Source: a virus | Taxonomy: Duplodnaviria; Caudoviricetes | Virus record (IMG/VR): IMGVR_UViG_3300024242_000006 | Location: 1 to 31,961 of that record | DNA: 31,961 nucleotides | Direction: 5' to 3' (one strand) | Shown here: positions 16,137 to 25,500 of the stretch, piece by piece | Numbering within the stretch: the first letter of the stretch is position 1 | How the letters are laid out: every line of letters begins with the position of its first letter | Program-made: the position numbers and the translations under genes | The notes under the pieces: model-generated | What the model was told of the DNA's origin: nothing | The model's database searches: none | The model's input: only the letters and a program-made list of their open reading frames with translations

Positions 16137-17315
16137 TTGGAAATAAAACGCACACAAGCATTTGACAAAATATTCAAACTCGATAAACGTATTCGTTTAA
16201 TTCGTGGGGGATCGGCTGCGGGAAAAACAATTTGTATTCTTACGGTAATGATCAACGAATGTATGAAGCCGAATAAGGGGTTCGAAATGTCCGTTGTGGC
16301 AGCAACATACCCAATGTTGAAAAGGGGGCCTGTAAGGGACTTTAAATTGATAATGAAGGGCATCGGACGTTGGCGTGATTCACGTTGGAATCAAACGACA
16401 TTAAAATACACATTTTCAACCGGGTCAACAATCGAATTCTTTTCAAATGAAAATCCGGATCGAACACGTGGGGCGCGTCGATCACATTTGTTTGTGAATG
16501 AGTGCAACGTCGGAATTGACTTCGAAGCGTTTAATCAATACGCAATAAGAACGTCTTCGACAATATGGTTGGATTATAACCCGTCGCAATTGTTTTGGGC
16601 GGATCGTGAACTTGTTCCAAGGGACGACGTGGATTTTATAACGGTAACATACAAAGACAACGACACACTTCCTGACACAATCCTTGATGAATTTAATATC
16701 GCAAGGGAAAAGGCAAAAACATCCGAATATTGGAAGAATTTTGTAAATGTTTATTTAGAAGGTAAAATCGGAAGATTGTCCGACGTGGTTATTCCGGATT
16801 GGATTGAAATGTCAAAACTTCCGGAAGACGCAAGACTTCTTTGTCACGGCTTGGATTGGGGTTACTCAATTGATGAAACAAGTTGTGTGGCATTGTACAA
16901 GATTGACGGGGGTTATATATTCGACGAAGTGTTGTATCAAAAAGGAATGCTTAATTCCAATATATCCCAATATTTACAAAACAACAATATTAAGGGTCAG
17001 TTGTGGGCGGATTCAGCCGAACCAAAATCAATCGCCGAATTGCAATCGTATGGTCACACAATCAACCCGGTTACCAAAGGACGTGATTCGATAATCTACG
17101 GCATCAACTTAATAAACCAAAACAAGATATTCGTCACATCAAGATCAAAGAATCTTATTTCTGAACTGAACGGATATGTTTGGGCAACTGACAAGGTCGG
17201 AAACAAAATACAGAAACCAAATCCCTTATCCGGGGATCACGCAATCGATTCCGCACGATATGCGTTAATGATGGAACTTGAAAACCCCAACAAAGGAAAA
17301 TATTACATTTATTAA
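16137..17315 (+). CDS. terL: Terminase large subunit (PBSX/SPP1-like)
   Basis: RGGSAAGKT Walker A, LFVNE Walker B, DYNP, GLDWG, ADSAEP and DHAIDSARY nuclease motifs; TTG start. Confidence 0.93.
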   Translation: MEIKRTQAFDKIFKLDKRIRLIRGGSAAGKTICILTVMINECMKPNKGFEMSVVAATYPMLKRGPVRDFKLIMKGIGRWRDSRWNQTTLKYTFSTGSTIEFFSNENPDRTRGARRSHLFVNECNVGIDFEAFNQYAIRTSSTIWLDYNPSQLFWADRELVPRDDVDFITVTYKDNDTLPDTILDEFNIAREKAKTSEYWKNFVNVYLEGKIGRLSDVVIPDWIEMSKLPEDARLLCHGLDWGYSIDETSCVALYKIDGGYIFDEVLYQKGMLNSNISQYLQNNNIKGQLWADSAEPKSIAELQSYGHTINPVTKGRDSIIYGINLINQNKIFVTSRSKNLISELNGYVWATDKVGNKIQKPNPLSGDHAIDSARYALMMELENPNKGKYYIY

Positions 17316-17340
17316 AAGAAATTGTTCATTATTCAATTAT

Positions 17341-17354
17341 TTTGTTTACATTTG
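17341..17354 (+). promoter_or_regulatory. Bacteroidota sigma-A-type promoter, -7 element
   Basis: TACATTTG (17347-17354) is an exact match to TAnnTTTG, with TTG upstream at 17322 and an A-rich leader to ATG 17378. Confidence 0.6.
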
Positions 17355-17377
17355 AATATTATTAACAAACAAAGAAC

Positions 17378-17623
17378 ATGAAAACAATTATCACCGACAT
17401 TATGAATGAAGAACAATTCGACGGAAACGAATGGGTCAGCACAATATCCATTTGGTTGCAAAACGAATTCGGAATCACTAATTCACAATTTGAATTGACA
17501 CACGAACACAAGATTCAAGATCAAGACAAGAATCGTTTTCGTACATTATCAAAATCCGTTGGGTTATCACAAAAAGATTTTAAAACAAGAATCTTCAACG
17601 GCACATTCATTTCAATTCAATAA
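17378..17623 (+). CDS. Hypothetical protein (early-type cassette)
   Basis: 81-aa ORF with A-rich leader. Confidence 0.65.
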   Translation: MKTIITDIMNEEQFDGNEWVSTISIWLQNEFGITNSQFELTHEHKIQDQDKNRFRTLSKSVGLSQKDFKTRIFNGTFISIQ

Positions 17624-17625
17624 TC

Positions 17626-17853
17626 ATGAATAAATTTACAAAAGAACTTTACAAATACGACGGGGAATTATATCACGTTATAAGAGAACCCGAAATTAAT
17701 GTTGCCATTTTCGAAGATGAAATTGGATATGATGTCACCGGGATGACTGAAGTGTTTGACGGCGAAGTGTTGGAAGAAAGGGAAATACGAACCTTGTTGA
17801 ACTTCGAAGAATACACACACGAATTTGCTTGTAATTTTAAAAAAATTAAATAA
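17626..17853 (+). CDS. Hypothetical acidic protein
   Basis: 75 aa, tightly packed with neighbours. Confidence 0.65.
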   Translation: MNKFTKELYKYDGELYHVIREPEINVAIFEDEIGYDVTGMTEVFDGEVLEEREIRTLLNFEEYTHEFACNFKKIK

Positions 17854-18062
17854 TGGAAAATAACAAAGTTGAATGGATAATGATCAAGAAGATCACATCC
17901 AAAGAAAACCGTAAAAATCTTATTAAATTAATATCTCAAGGAATCTTATTTTTTTGCTTATCTTATGTCTTCATGATATTCATGTTGGAAACAATGGTTT
18001 GGTTTTGGGAATCCGAAGTTCTTGAAGTATCCGCTAAATATTTACGGGAATGGGTAAAATAG
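17853..18062 (+). CDS. Hypothetical single-TM protein
   Basis: GILFFCLSYVFMIFML hydrophobic segment; TAATG coupling. Confidence 0.65.
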   Translation: MENNKVEWIMIKKITSKENRKNLIKLISQGILFFCLSYVFMIFMLETMVWFWESEVLEVSAKYLREWVK

Positions 18063-18283
18063 AATATTGGAAGGTTTTGGACACGTGTTGGAACAACGAC
18101 ATCTTCGTTCATCAAAAACCGACAAACATCGGAATGATCCGCGGAGGACATAAAGTAAAACTCAATCTTGAAATCAATGGAACGATCGTAAAGTTTGGAA
18201 CAATGGAGTTCCGACAAAACACACAAGAACTTTCCGACAAGATTGAAGAAATATATCGATCCCGTCATGAGTTAATCGCATGA
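18050..18283 (+). CDS. Hypothetical protein
   Basis: 77 aa, followed by a terminator. Confidence 0.65.
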   Translation: MGKIEYWKVLDTCWNNDIFVHQKPTNIGMIRGGHKVKLNLEINGTIVKFGTMEFRQNTQELSDKIEEIYRSRHELIA

Positions 18284-18308
18284 CACTTTTTTTCATTTGT
18301 TTTGTTAT

Positions 18309-18341
18309 GGAACGGCTTCTTAATTGAGGTCGTTTCTTTTT
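18309..18341 (+). terminator. Intrinsic terminator
   Basis: GGAACGGCTTC-TTAATT-GAGGTCGTTTC stem followed by T5. Confidence 0.8.
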
Positions 18342-18342
18342 A

Positions 18343-18367
18343 TACATAAAGGACACTTTTTTATTAT
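18343..18367 (+). promoter_or_regulatory. Putative late promoter, copy 4
   Basis: TACATAAAGGACACTTTTTTATTAT, with ATG 18374 six nt downstream. Confidence 0.65.
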
Positions 18368-18373
18368 TATAAT

Positions 18374-19018
18374 ATGAAAGTGAAATTAAATGTTCCCGAA
18401 GATTTAAGTGAAATCACACTTGGTCAATATATGAAGTTTTTAAAACTTGAATTCGATGACGAAACAAAGAATTCATTTGCACTTCAAAAGATGGTTGAAA
18501 TATTTTGCAACGCAAATTTAAAAGATATTGCCGACATTCGTTTTTCGGACATTACAAAGATCACAAACCATCTTCAGACCATATTCACCCAAGAATGTAA
18601 ATTAATCCCGGAAATCAGTTTAAACGGCGTCAAATACGGTTTTATTCCAAACCTTGATGACATGACACTCGGCGAGTATGTCGATCTTGATAATTACTTC
18701 CATGATTGGGAAACAATGGATCGCGCAATGTGCGTTTTGTATCGTCCGACAAAATTTTCAAAGAATGGCAAATATTTAATTGAAGATTATGAAGGAACGG
18801 ATAATCACATTGAAATGCGAAACCTTCCTTTGAATGTTGTCATGGGTGCAAAGGTTTTTTTTTATCATATCGGAATCGAATTGCTGAATCTTATCCCGAA
18901 TTATTTAGTGGATCAGGACATGACGGATCAGCAAGCGCAAATTTTGGGGCAAAATATGGATGGTATTCAAGCATTTACGGACTTGCTTCGGGGGACATTA
19001 CCCGGTTCGACACCGTAA
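18374..19018 (+). CDS. Tail assembly chaperone (gpG-like, zero-frame product)
   Basis: EITLGQY repeated as DMTLGEY; slippery T9 run at 18855-18863; first gene of the tail operon. Confidence 0.7.
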   Translation: MKVKLNVPEDLSEITLGQYMKFLKLEFDDETKNSFALQKMVEIFCNANLKDIADIRFSDITKITNHLQTIFTQECKLIPEISLNGVKYGFIPNLDDMTLGEYVDLDNYFHDWETMDRAMCVLYRPTKFSKNGKYLIEDYEGTDNHIEMRNLPLNVVMGAKVFFYHIGIELLNLIPNYLVDQDMTDQQAQILGQNMDGIQAFTDLLRGTLPGSTP

Positions 19019-19107
19019 CAAAAATGAACGTTCATCAATGTCTTATGTATTTGACATTTGAAAAAGAAAAAAACGAATTGGAAAAGAAAATGATCAATAA
19101 GAAATGA
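18374..19107 (+). CDS. Tail assembly chaperone, -1 frameshift product (gpGT-like)
   Basis: The -1 frame is open from the T9 run to TGA 19105-19107 (LSYRNRIAESYPELF...KYGWYSSIYGLASGDITRFD...YLTFEKEK) and ends in an ATGA overlap with the next gene. Confidence 0.8.
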
Positions 19108-19562
19108 AACAAGTCTACGAAATAACGACAAAAATAAAAGACCAACTTCAATTGGAACCATTCATCAACACGGTGACATTCGGTTCACTCAATGATGTTG
19201 ATCTTGATAAACAATCAATTTTCCCGCTTGGACATTTGACAATGAATTCCACAAACGTTGCAACAAACGTATTCCGTTTCAATATGTCAATTCTTGTCAT
19301 GGACATCGTCGACATATCAAAAGAAGAAACAACGGACGTGTTTGCAGGAAATGACAATGAACAAGACGTTCTCAATACAACCCTTGCAGTTTTGACACGA
19401 GTTCTTAATATAATGCAAAAGGGTGACTTGTATTCACAGAAATATCAAATCGAAGACACGGTTTCATGCGAACCATTTGTCGATCGATTCGAAAATAAAC
19501 TTGCGGGATGGGCGGCGACATTTGATGTTGTGGTTCAAAACGACATGACAATTTGCGATTAA
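19104..19562 (+). CDS. Tail terminator-like protein
   Basis: 152 aa, acidic, IFPLGH and EPFVDRFENKLAGW motifs; call partly positional. Confidence 0.6.
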   Translation: MKQVYEITTKIKDQLQLEPFINTVTFGSLNDVDLDKQSIFPLGHLTMNSTNVATNVFRFNMSILVMDIVDISKEETTDVFAGNDNEQDVLNTTLAVLTRVLNIMQKGDLYSQKYQIEDTVSCEPFVDRFENKLAGWAATFDVVVQNDMTICD

Positions 19563-20095
19563 TGGAATTTAAGAAAACACAAGAAGCACTCAAAACATTT
19601 GCCGAAACCGTTGTCAAGGAATCGAAGAAACTTGCACGTAAAAAATTCAAAAACACTTCTGGAAATTTAGAAGGTTCAATTGGTTACGCACTGAATGTTT
19701 ACGAAAATTCTTTTAGTCTTGAATTCACCCTTGCAGCCACAAAAGACGGCGTCCCTTATGGAAGTTTTGTTGACCTTGGTGTGAAGGGTTCAAAATCAAA
19801 TTATATTACAAACAGAGATTCCCCTTATAAATTCAGCGGAAATAAAAAATCAATTCCACCGCAAGCACTTGACAAATGGTTGGTTCGTAAAAAATTAGCA
19901 CCACGCGACAAAGAAGGAAAATTCATTGACCGAAGATCAATCAAGTTTTTAATTGCACGGTCTATTTATGAAAAGGGAATCGAAGCGAGAAAATACTTCA
20001 CAAAACCATTTGAAGATAATTTTAACAAATTGCCAAATGACGTTATTGACGCGTTTGGATTAGATATTGACGAATTTTTTGAATTGACAACATGA
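19562..20095 (+). CDS. Tail completion / neck protein (HK97 gp10-like)
   Basis: Basic protein with SGNLEGSI, YGSFVDLG and IARSI..KGI.AR.YF motifs. Confidence 0.65.
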   Translation: MEFKKTQEALKTFAETVVKESKKLARKKFKNTSGNLEGSIGYALNVYENSFSLEFTLAATKDGVPYGSFVDLGVKGSKSNYITNRDSPYKFSGNKKSIPPQALDKWLVRKKLAPRDKEGKFIDRRSIKFLIARSIYEKGIEARKYFTKPFEDNFNKLPNDVIDAFGLDIDEFFELTT

Positions 20096-21552
20096 GTACA
20101 AAAATAAACGTAAGGTCACCCTTTTATTTGAATTTAACGGAACCACAAGTCCCGCTTCCAACATTTACGTGCGGAATTGCGGAAATCAAGAATTTAAGCA
20201 TTGACCAACAAGGTCAAATAAATCAACCTTCATTGACTTATGGATTTGTTGATTCAATCACATCAACCGACGCGGGTTTTTCAAATGGTAAATACTCAAC
20301 CGTTTCAACGGCAACCGTAAGAAATATCACGGTAAGAATTTTAATTCCCGCAGGATTTTCAAATGTTGATGACGTTTACATCGATTGTGATAATGTTGTC
20401 ACACAACCGGCACTTGTTACATCCGGCCCCGCTCCTTCTTGTAGTGGTGGCCCGACAACAAGTGGTTCAATTCCAAGTCAAACTTTGAATGTTGACGGTG
20501 ATTCGACAACAATCGATTTATCGTCTTATTTTACACAAGGAAGTGAAGCCATCGCAGGATATACAATTTACAATCCTTCAACGGTTGTGAATGCTTCAGT
20601 AAGTGGCGACACCCTTACATTGTCATCAAATGCAATTGGCGGTTCAACAACGGTTCACGTTTCGGCATATGACAACGAAGAAAATACGTGTACTGCGACA
20701 CAATCAATAAGTGTGACAGTAAATGCACCGGATCAAGACTTCGCTTGTACAAACAACGGAATCAATGCATTGTCGGGTGGTTCAATAACACAAACCGGAA
20801 CAATCACAAAACCAAATTCACCGGGAACAATAACGGCAATAAAAGAAACGTCCGGAGGTTCTTCAATCACATCTTATTCAGCAAACAACACCGGAAGTGA
20901 TCGAAGTGTGACTTTGTTTTTTGATATAACCGCACCGGGTGGATATGGAAATGCAGGTTCAACAATTGAATGTTCAGAAACATTTAATCAACCCGCGGGA
21001 CTTCCGACGTTTGATTGTGCGGCTGCAAATTTAAGCGGTCAACAAATATCAAGTGACGGGACAATAAAATCCGGAAGTGTATCACTAGGAACAATTTCAG
21101 ATTGGACACCAAAATCATTTGATTCAGTTTCGTCCGACACACCAAGAACGGTCACTTTCACAATTGACGTTCCAAGTGGATATTCTAATTCGGGAACAAT
21201 AAGTTGTCCAAAGACAATAACGCAACCGGGATCAACCCCTTTGTGTGGAACAAATGAATTCAAATTAAGTACCGGAAAAGTCAATTTTGACGATTTTTGT
21301 GACGCGGTTTATTCTTTGTCATTAACGGTCACAAGTACCGGAACAAAATTCACACTTGGTGCGCAAGTTTGCAGAAACGGAAGTCCATACAATGGAAGGA
21401 ATTTATATTATGCAGTCAACGAATCGATCGTGAATGTCGGCCCGAATTACGGTCGTTTCATCGCTTGGCAAATTGATTCGAATGGTATTATTCAAGACGT
21501 GGCGGAAATGACGTGTGTCGGTCTTAAAAACGCAAGGGGTGCATCACTTTAA
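20092..21552 (+). CDS. Ser/Thr-rich virion protein with three Cys-bounded repeats and an Ig-like domain
   Basis: KINVRSPFY N-terminus; repeats F.C......I...G.I..P...C....QP; IPSQTL...TIDLSSYF Ig/cadherin-like segment. Confidence 0.65.
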   Translation: MSTKINVRSPFYLNLTEPQVPLPTFTCGIAEIKNLSIDQQGQINQPSLTYGFVDSITSTDAGFSNGKYSTVSTATVRNITVRILIPAGFSNVDDVYIDCDNVVTQPALVTSGPAPSCSGGPTTSGSIPSQTLNVDGDSTTIDLSSYFTQGSEAIAGYTIYNPSTVVNASVSGDTLTLSSNAIGGSTTVHVSAYDNEENTCTATQSISVTVNAPDQDFACTNNGINALSGGSITQTGTITKPNSPGTITAIKETSGGSSITSYSANNTGSDRSVTLFFDITAPGGYGNAGSTIECSETFNQPAGLPTFDCAAANLSGQQISSDGTIKSGSVSLGTISDWTPKSFDSVSSDTPRTVTFTIDVPSGYSNSGTISCPKTITQPGSTPLCGTNEFKLSTGKVNFDDFCDAVYSLSLTVTSTGTKFTLGAQVCRNGSPYNGRNLYYAVNESIVNVGPNYGRFIAWQIDSNGIIQDVAEMTCVGLKNARGASL

Positions 21553-21563
21553 AAAATAAAAAA

Positions 21564-22565
21564 ATGGCATTAGGAAGTATCACATTAAGACTTTACATTT
21601 ATTCGGGAACGGAAGGTTCTTATTCCGAAAATGATTTAAAATATACATTAAGCAAAAACATCATATCTGGTCAAGACAATATAATTCTTGAAATCGCTGA
21701 ATTGGTTCGTGATTATTTAGAAATAAATTTTGACGGAACATATACATCACACACAAAATGGGTTTCGGCGGTTGTGAATTATTTTGACACCGAAGGCGAA
21801 CCGTACACATATTCAAATCCTCAAACATTTAATTATATTGCATTTGACGGATATGGATATTTCGAGGACGAAATCAATCCGGAATTACAAAGACATGCAT
21901 TAATAAATTCAAACAACATTTATTTGCCCGAAGGATATCCGGGAACACTTCCGATTTTTGCTGAAGGTGTTGGCAAGGTGAAAATTGATTCATTTGATGT
22001 TGAAATTATTGACACCGGTGATTCAAATCAAAAGATTCAATATATTACAATTCCCGCGGATTCATCAACGATTCAAGTTTATGACACGGACGACACAACC
22101 ATATTAAAAACAATCAAGGTCATCAATATATGTGAACCAAAATTCACACCTTACAAAGTAATTTTTCAAAACAAATTGGGTGCGCTTCAAGATTTGTGGT
22201 TCTTTAAAAAGACAACCGAATCGTTCAGCGTAACAGACGAAACATTTAAAAGAAACATCATAAATTCGGGGTCGGTCACTTACGACTTGAATGAATCCCA
22301 AAACCAAAGATATAATGTCAACGGAAAAACAAAATTAAAATTAAACACCGGTTTCATAAAAGAAGACATGAACCAAACTATTGAAGAATTGTTTTTGACG
22401 GAAAATGCTTGGATCGATTATAGTGGAAACATTAATGAACCGAATATTCTTCCAATTATTCCAACAACAAAATCAATGACATTTAAAACTTCATTGAATG
22501 ACCGTTTGACTGATTACACAATTGATTTCGAATTTGGATTCGATAAAATTAATAATATCCGATAA
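21564..22565 (+). CDS. Minor tail (distal tail-like) protein
   Basis: F.NK.G..Q..WF, LNTGF and EELF..E..W motifs; upstream of the large tail protein. Confidence 0.6.
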   Translation: MALGSITLRLYIYSGTEGSYSENDLKYTLSKNIISGQDNIILEIAELVRDYLEINFDGTYTSHTKWVSAVVNYFDTEGEPYTYSNPQTFNYIAFDGYGYFEDEINPELQRHALINSNNIYLPEGYPGTLPIFAEGVGKVKIDSFDVEIIDTGDSNQKIQYITIPADSSTIQVYDTDDTTILKTIKVINICEPKFTPYKVIFQNKLGALQDLWFFKKTTESFSVTDETFKRNIINSGSVTYDLNESQNQRYNVNGKTKLKLNTGFIKEDMNQTIEELFLTENAWIDYSGNINEPNILPIIPTTKSMTFKTSLNDRLTDYTIDFEFGFDKINNIR

Positions 22566-25500
22566 ATGCTTCAAATACAATTATACGTTGAAAATGATCA
22601 AGGGGTTCTTGAAGAAGTGGAACTTTACAAAGACGAATCCGTCACCCTTACACAATCAATCCAAGATATCATGGACATTGAAAAGGTGTTCACCGATTAT
22701 TCAAAAACGTTTAATGTACCGGCATCAAAAACAAACAACAAATTCTTCAAACATTTTTACAATTATCACATCGACGGATTTGATGCGAGAAGAAAAAAGA
22801 ACGCCGAACTTCACCTTAATTATAAGCCGTTTAAGAAGGGAAAAATTAAACTTGAGGGTACACAACTTAAAAACAATGAACCGCACACATACAAGCTGAC
22901 ATTCTTCGGAAACACGGTCACATTGAAAGATTTAATTGGTGAAGACAAACTTGGAAGTCTTACGTATTTGGATTCATTAAGTTTTTTGTTTAATGACACA
23001 AATATTGCAAGTTATATGACCGACGGTCTTGACGGACAAATCGGAGCCGACACGATTGAAAATGCAATTATAATTCCATTAATCACACACACCGATCGTT
23101 TAATATATCACGGGTCAGATGACACCGCGGGAACAAATAATCTTTGGCCGGGTATCGGTGACACAAATGCACGTGGTGTGAATTTCAATCAATTGAAACC
23201 CGCAATTCGTGTTTATACCATAATAAAGGCAATTGAAAAGAAATATCAAATTGAATTTTCTGAAGATTTTTTCAATCAAACGAATTTACCGTTTTATAAC
23301 TTATATATGTGGCTTCACGCAAAAGAAGGTTCTTTGTTTGAAGATCAAGAAGCACAATACACAATTCAAGGATTCACGAACGTTCGAGGCGACACGAATC
23401 ACATAAACGGAGTTCACACTTCTTTTTTTACAAATTCTTATGATGAATCAAAAGAAAAACGATCGATTCGTGTAAAGGTCACACCGTCATCAAATGATGA
23501 ATATTCACTTGTTATAAAACAAAACGGTGAAGAATTTAAAAAGTTTTCGGGTCTTACCGGAACAACAACAAATGGAGTTTCAAACAATGTTCCCGAAATT
23601 GAAATTCCAAACGGGGACTATACTTTTTTCATTGAAGCCGAAAATGCTGCGACATTTGCAATTGATATCACAATCATTCAAACGGGTGGTGGTTTTTTAG
23701 GATTAAGGGGTGAAAAACAAATTACATTTTCCGGAACCGCCGGTGTTCTTACTGATCAACTTGTGAATGTATCTTCGAACCTTCCAAAAATGAAAACCTT
23801 GGATTTTATAACCGGGATTTTCAAGATGTTCAATTTGACTTCATTTGTGAAAGATGACGGGACAATCGTCGTGAAGTCTTTGGATTCATTTTATGCAGAA
23901 TCAGTAAACACATGGGACATCACAAAACACCTTGACAAAGAAGAATCAATTATTGATTCAGTCATTCCATATCGTCAAGTAAATATTGGATATGAAGGCG
24001 GTGACACGTTCCTTGCAAAGAACCATGAAAATCTTGCAAATAAAAAATGGGGAACTTTAGAATTTGCGGCTTCAGATAATTTTGACGGCGATGAATATAA
24101 TATTAAAATCCCATTTGAACACATGAAATTTGAACGCCTTCGAGATGTTCAAAGTACTGCAAAAACAAATATTCAATGGGGGTGGTCAGTTGATTCAAAA
24201 CAAGAATCCACAATTGGTGAACCGATTTTATTTTATGCGTCACCAATGATCGGAACGATTGCAGCGGTTACAATTTCGGGAACCCGTCAAAATATTGTTG
24301 CTCCATTTGTTCCGTCAAATTCATTGACATTGACGAATTTCTTCGGCACTCAATCACAATCATTAAATTTTCACACGGAATTTGATGAATTTACAGAAGT
24401 CCCAAACGAAAACACTTTATTCCAAACATATTACAAAGATTATGTGAAGGATTTATTTGATAAACAAAAAAGATTGACTTTTGTTTCGGCTTATTTACCG
24501 ATGTCAATCACGGAACGTTTATCACTTGCGGACAAAATAATTGTTTTTAATAATTTATATCGAATCAATAAAATAACGACAAATTTCGAAACCAACAAAT
24601 CGGAATTGGAATTGTCAAACATACTTCAAGAAAAAACTTTTAAGGTTAACCCTTATGAAATAAATGTTGATTTATCGAATGATTTAATTACTGCGGACAC
24701 GACATTGTTCACGGCTGACATTGGAAATATATTGGCGGACGGATTTACAATCATAGGATCACCGGTAATTGCTGACATAATCGCTTCAAATGATCCGGTA
24801 AAACCAACCACAAACATTCCTTGTGTTGTTACTGCGGCGACAATTAGTTCGATAAGGGCGGAATCATTTTGTGAAGAATTAAAATTTTATTCAACAATTG
24901 CAACCGCGGGAAAAATATGCGATGAATCAAACATTGACGAATATGGTTTCTTATTAGCGACACAAGAATCTTATTTGAATGCAAGCGACGACATTGATAC
25001 ATTAAAGGCAAATTCAAACATTCAAGTCGTATCGGTCAAAAAACTAACAGGATATCCTACTTTGACAACCGGTGAAAAGGTTACAACAAAAACCGGATTA
25101 ACTGATCCACAAACATATTACGCAAGATTTTATGTAAGAACAAACACAACCGACTTACATCCATTTTCAGACGTAATATCACAAGTATTTACTGAAACAA
25201 CAAATTGCGGTGTATTGGTTACGGCTGACATGACGATTTGCGTAACGGCTGACAATAATCCAATTTTGAATGGAATGAGGGTCGATTGTGATCTTGACGG
25301 TCAAGTTGATCCAACTGTTCAAATTGAAATATTTGTAAAATATGCGGGTGCGGGTGATAATGACGGTTATTTGACACAACCAACGCTTGACACAATCACA
25401 CAAAATGGATTCGTTTTTTGTGACGACATTGTGAATATACAATCAGTTTATCACAACGGTCAAGGTGAATATCCAATCGTCGGGGATAACATTAAATATT

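Noticed and set aside
16110-16139. terS and terL are in frame and separated by a single TAA, suggesting read-through fusion
   Set aside because: In-frame arrangement has a one-in-three chance, TAA is rarely read through, and TTG 16137 gives a normal TerL N-terminus.
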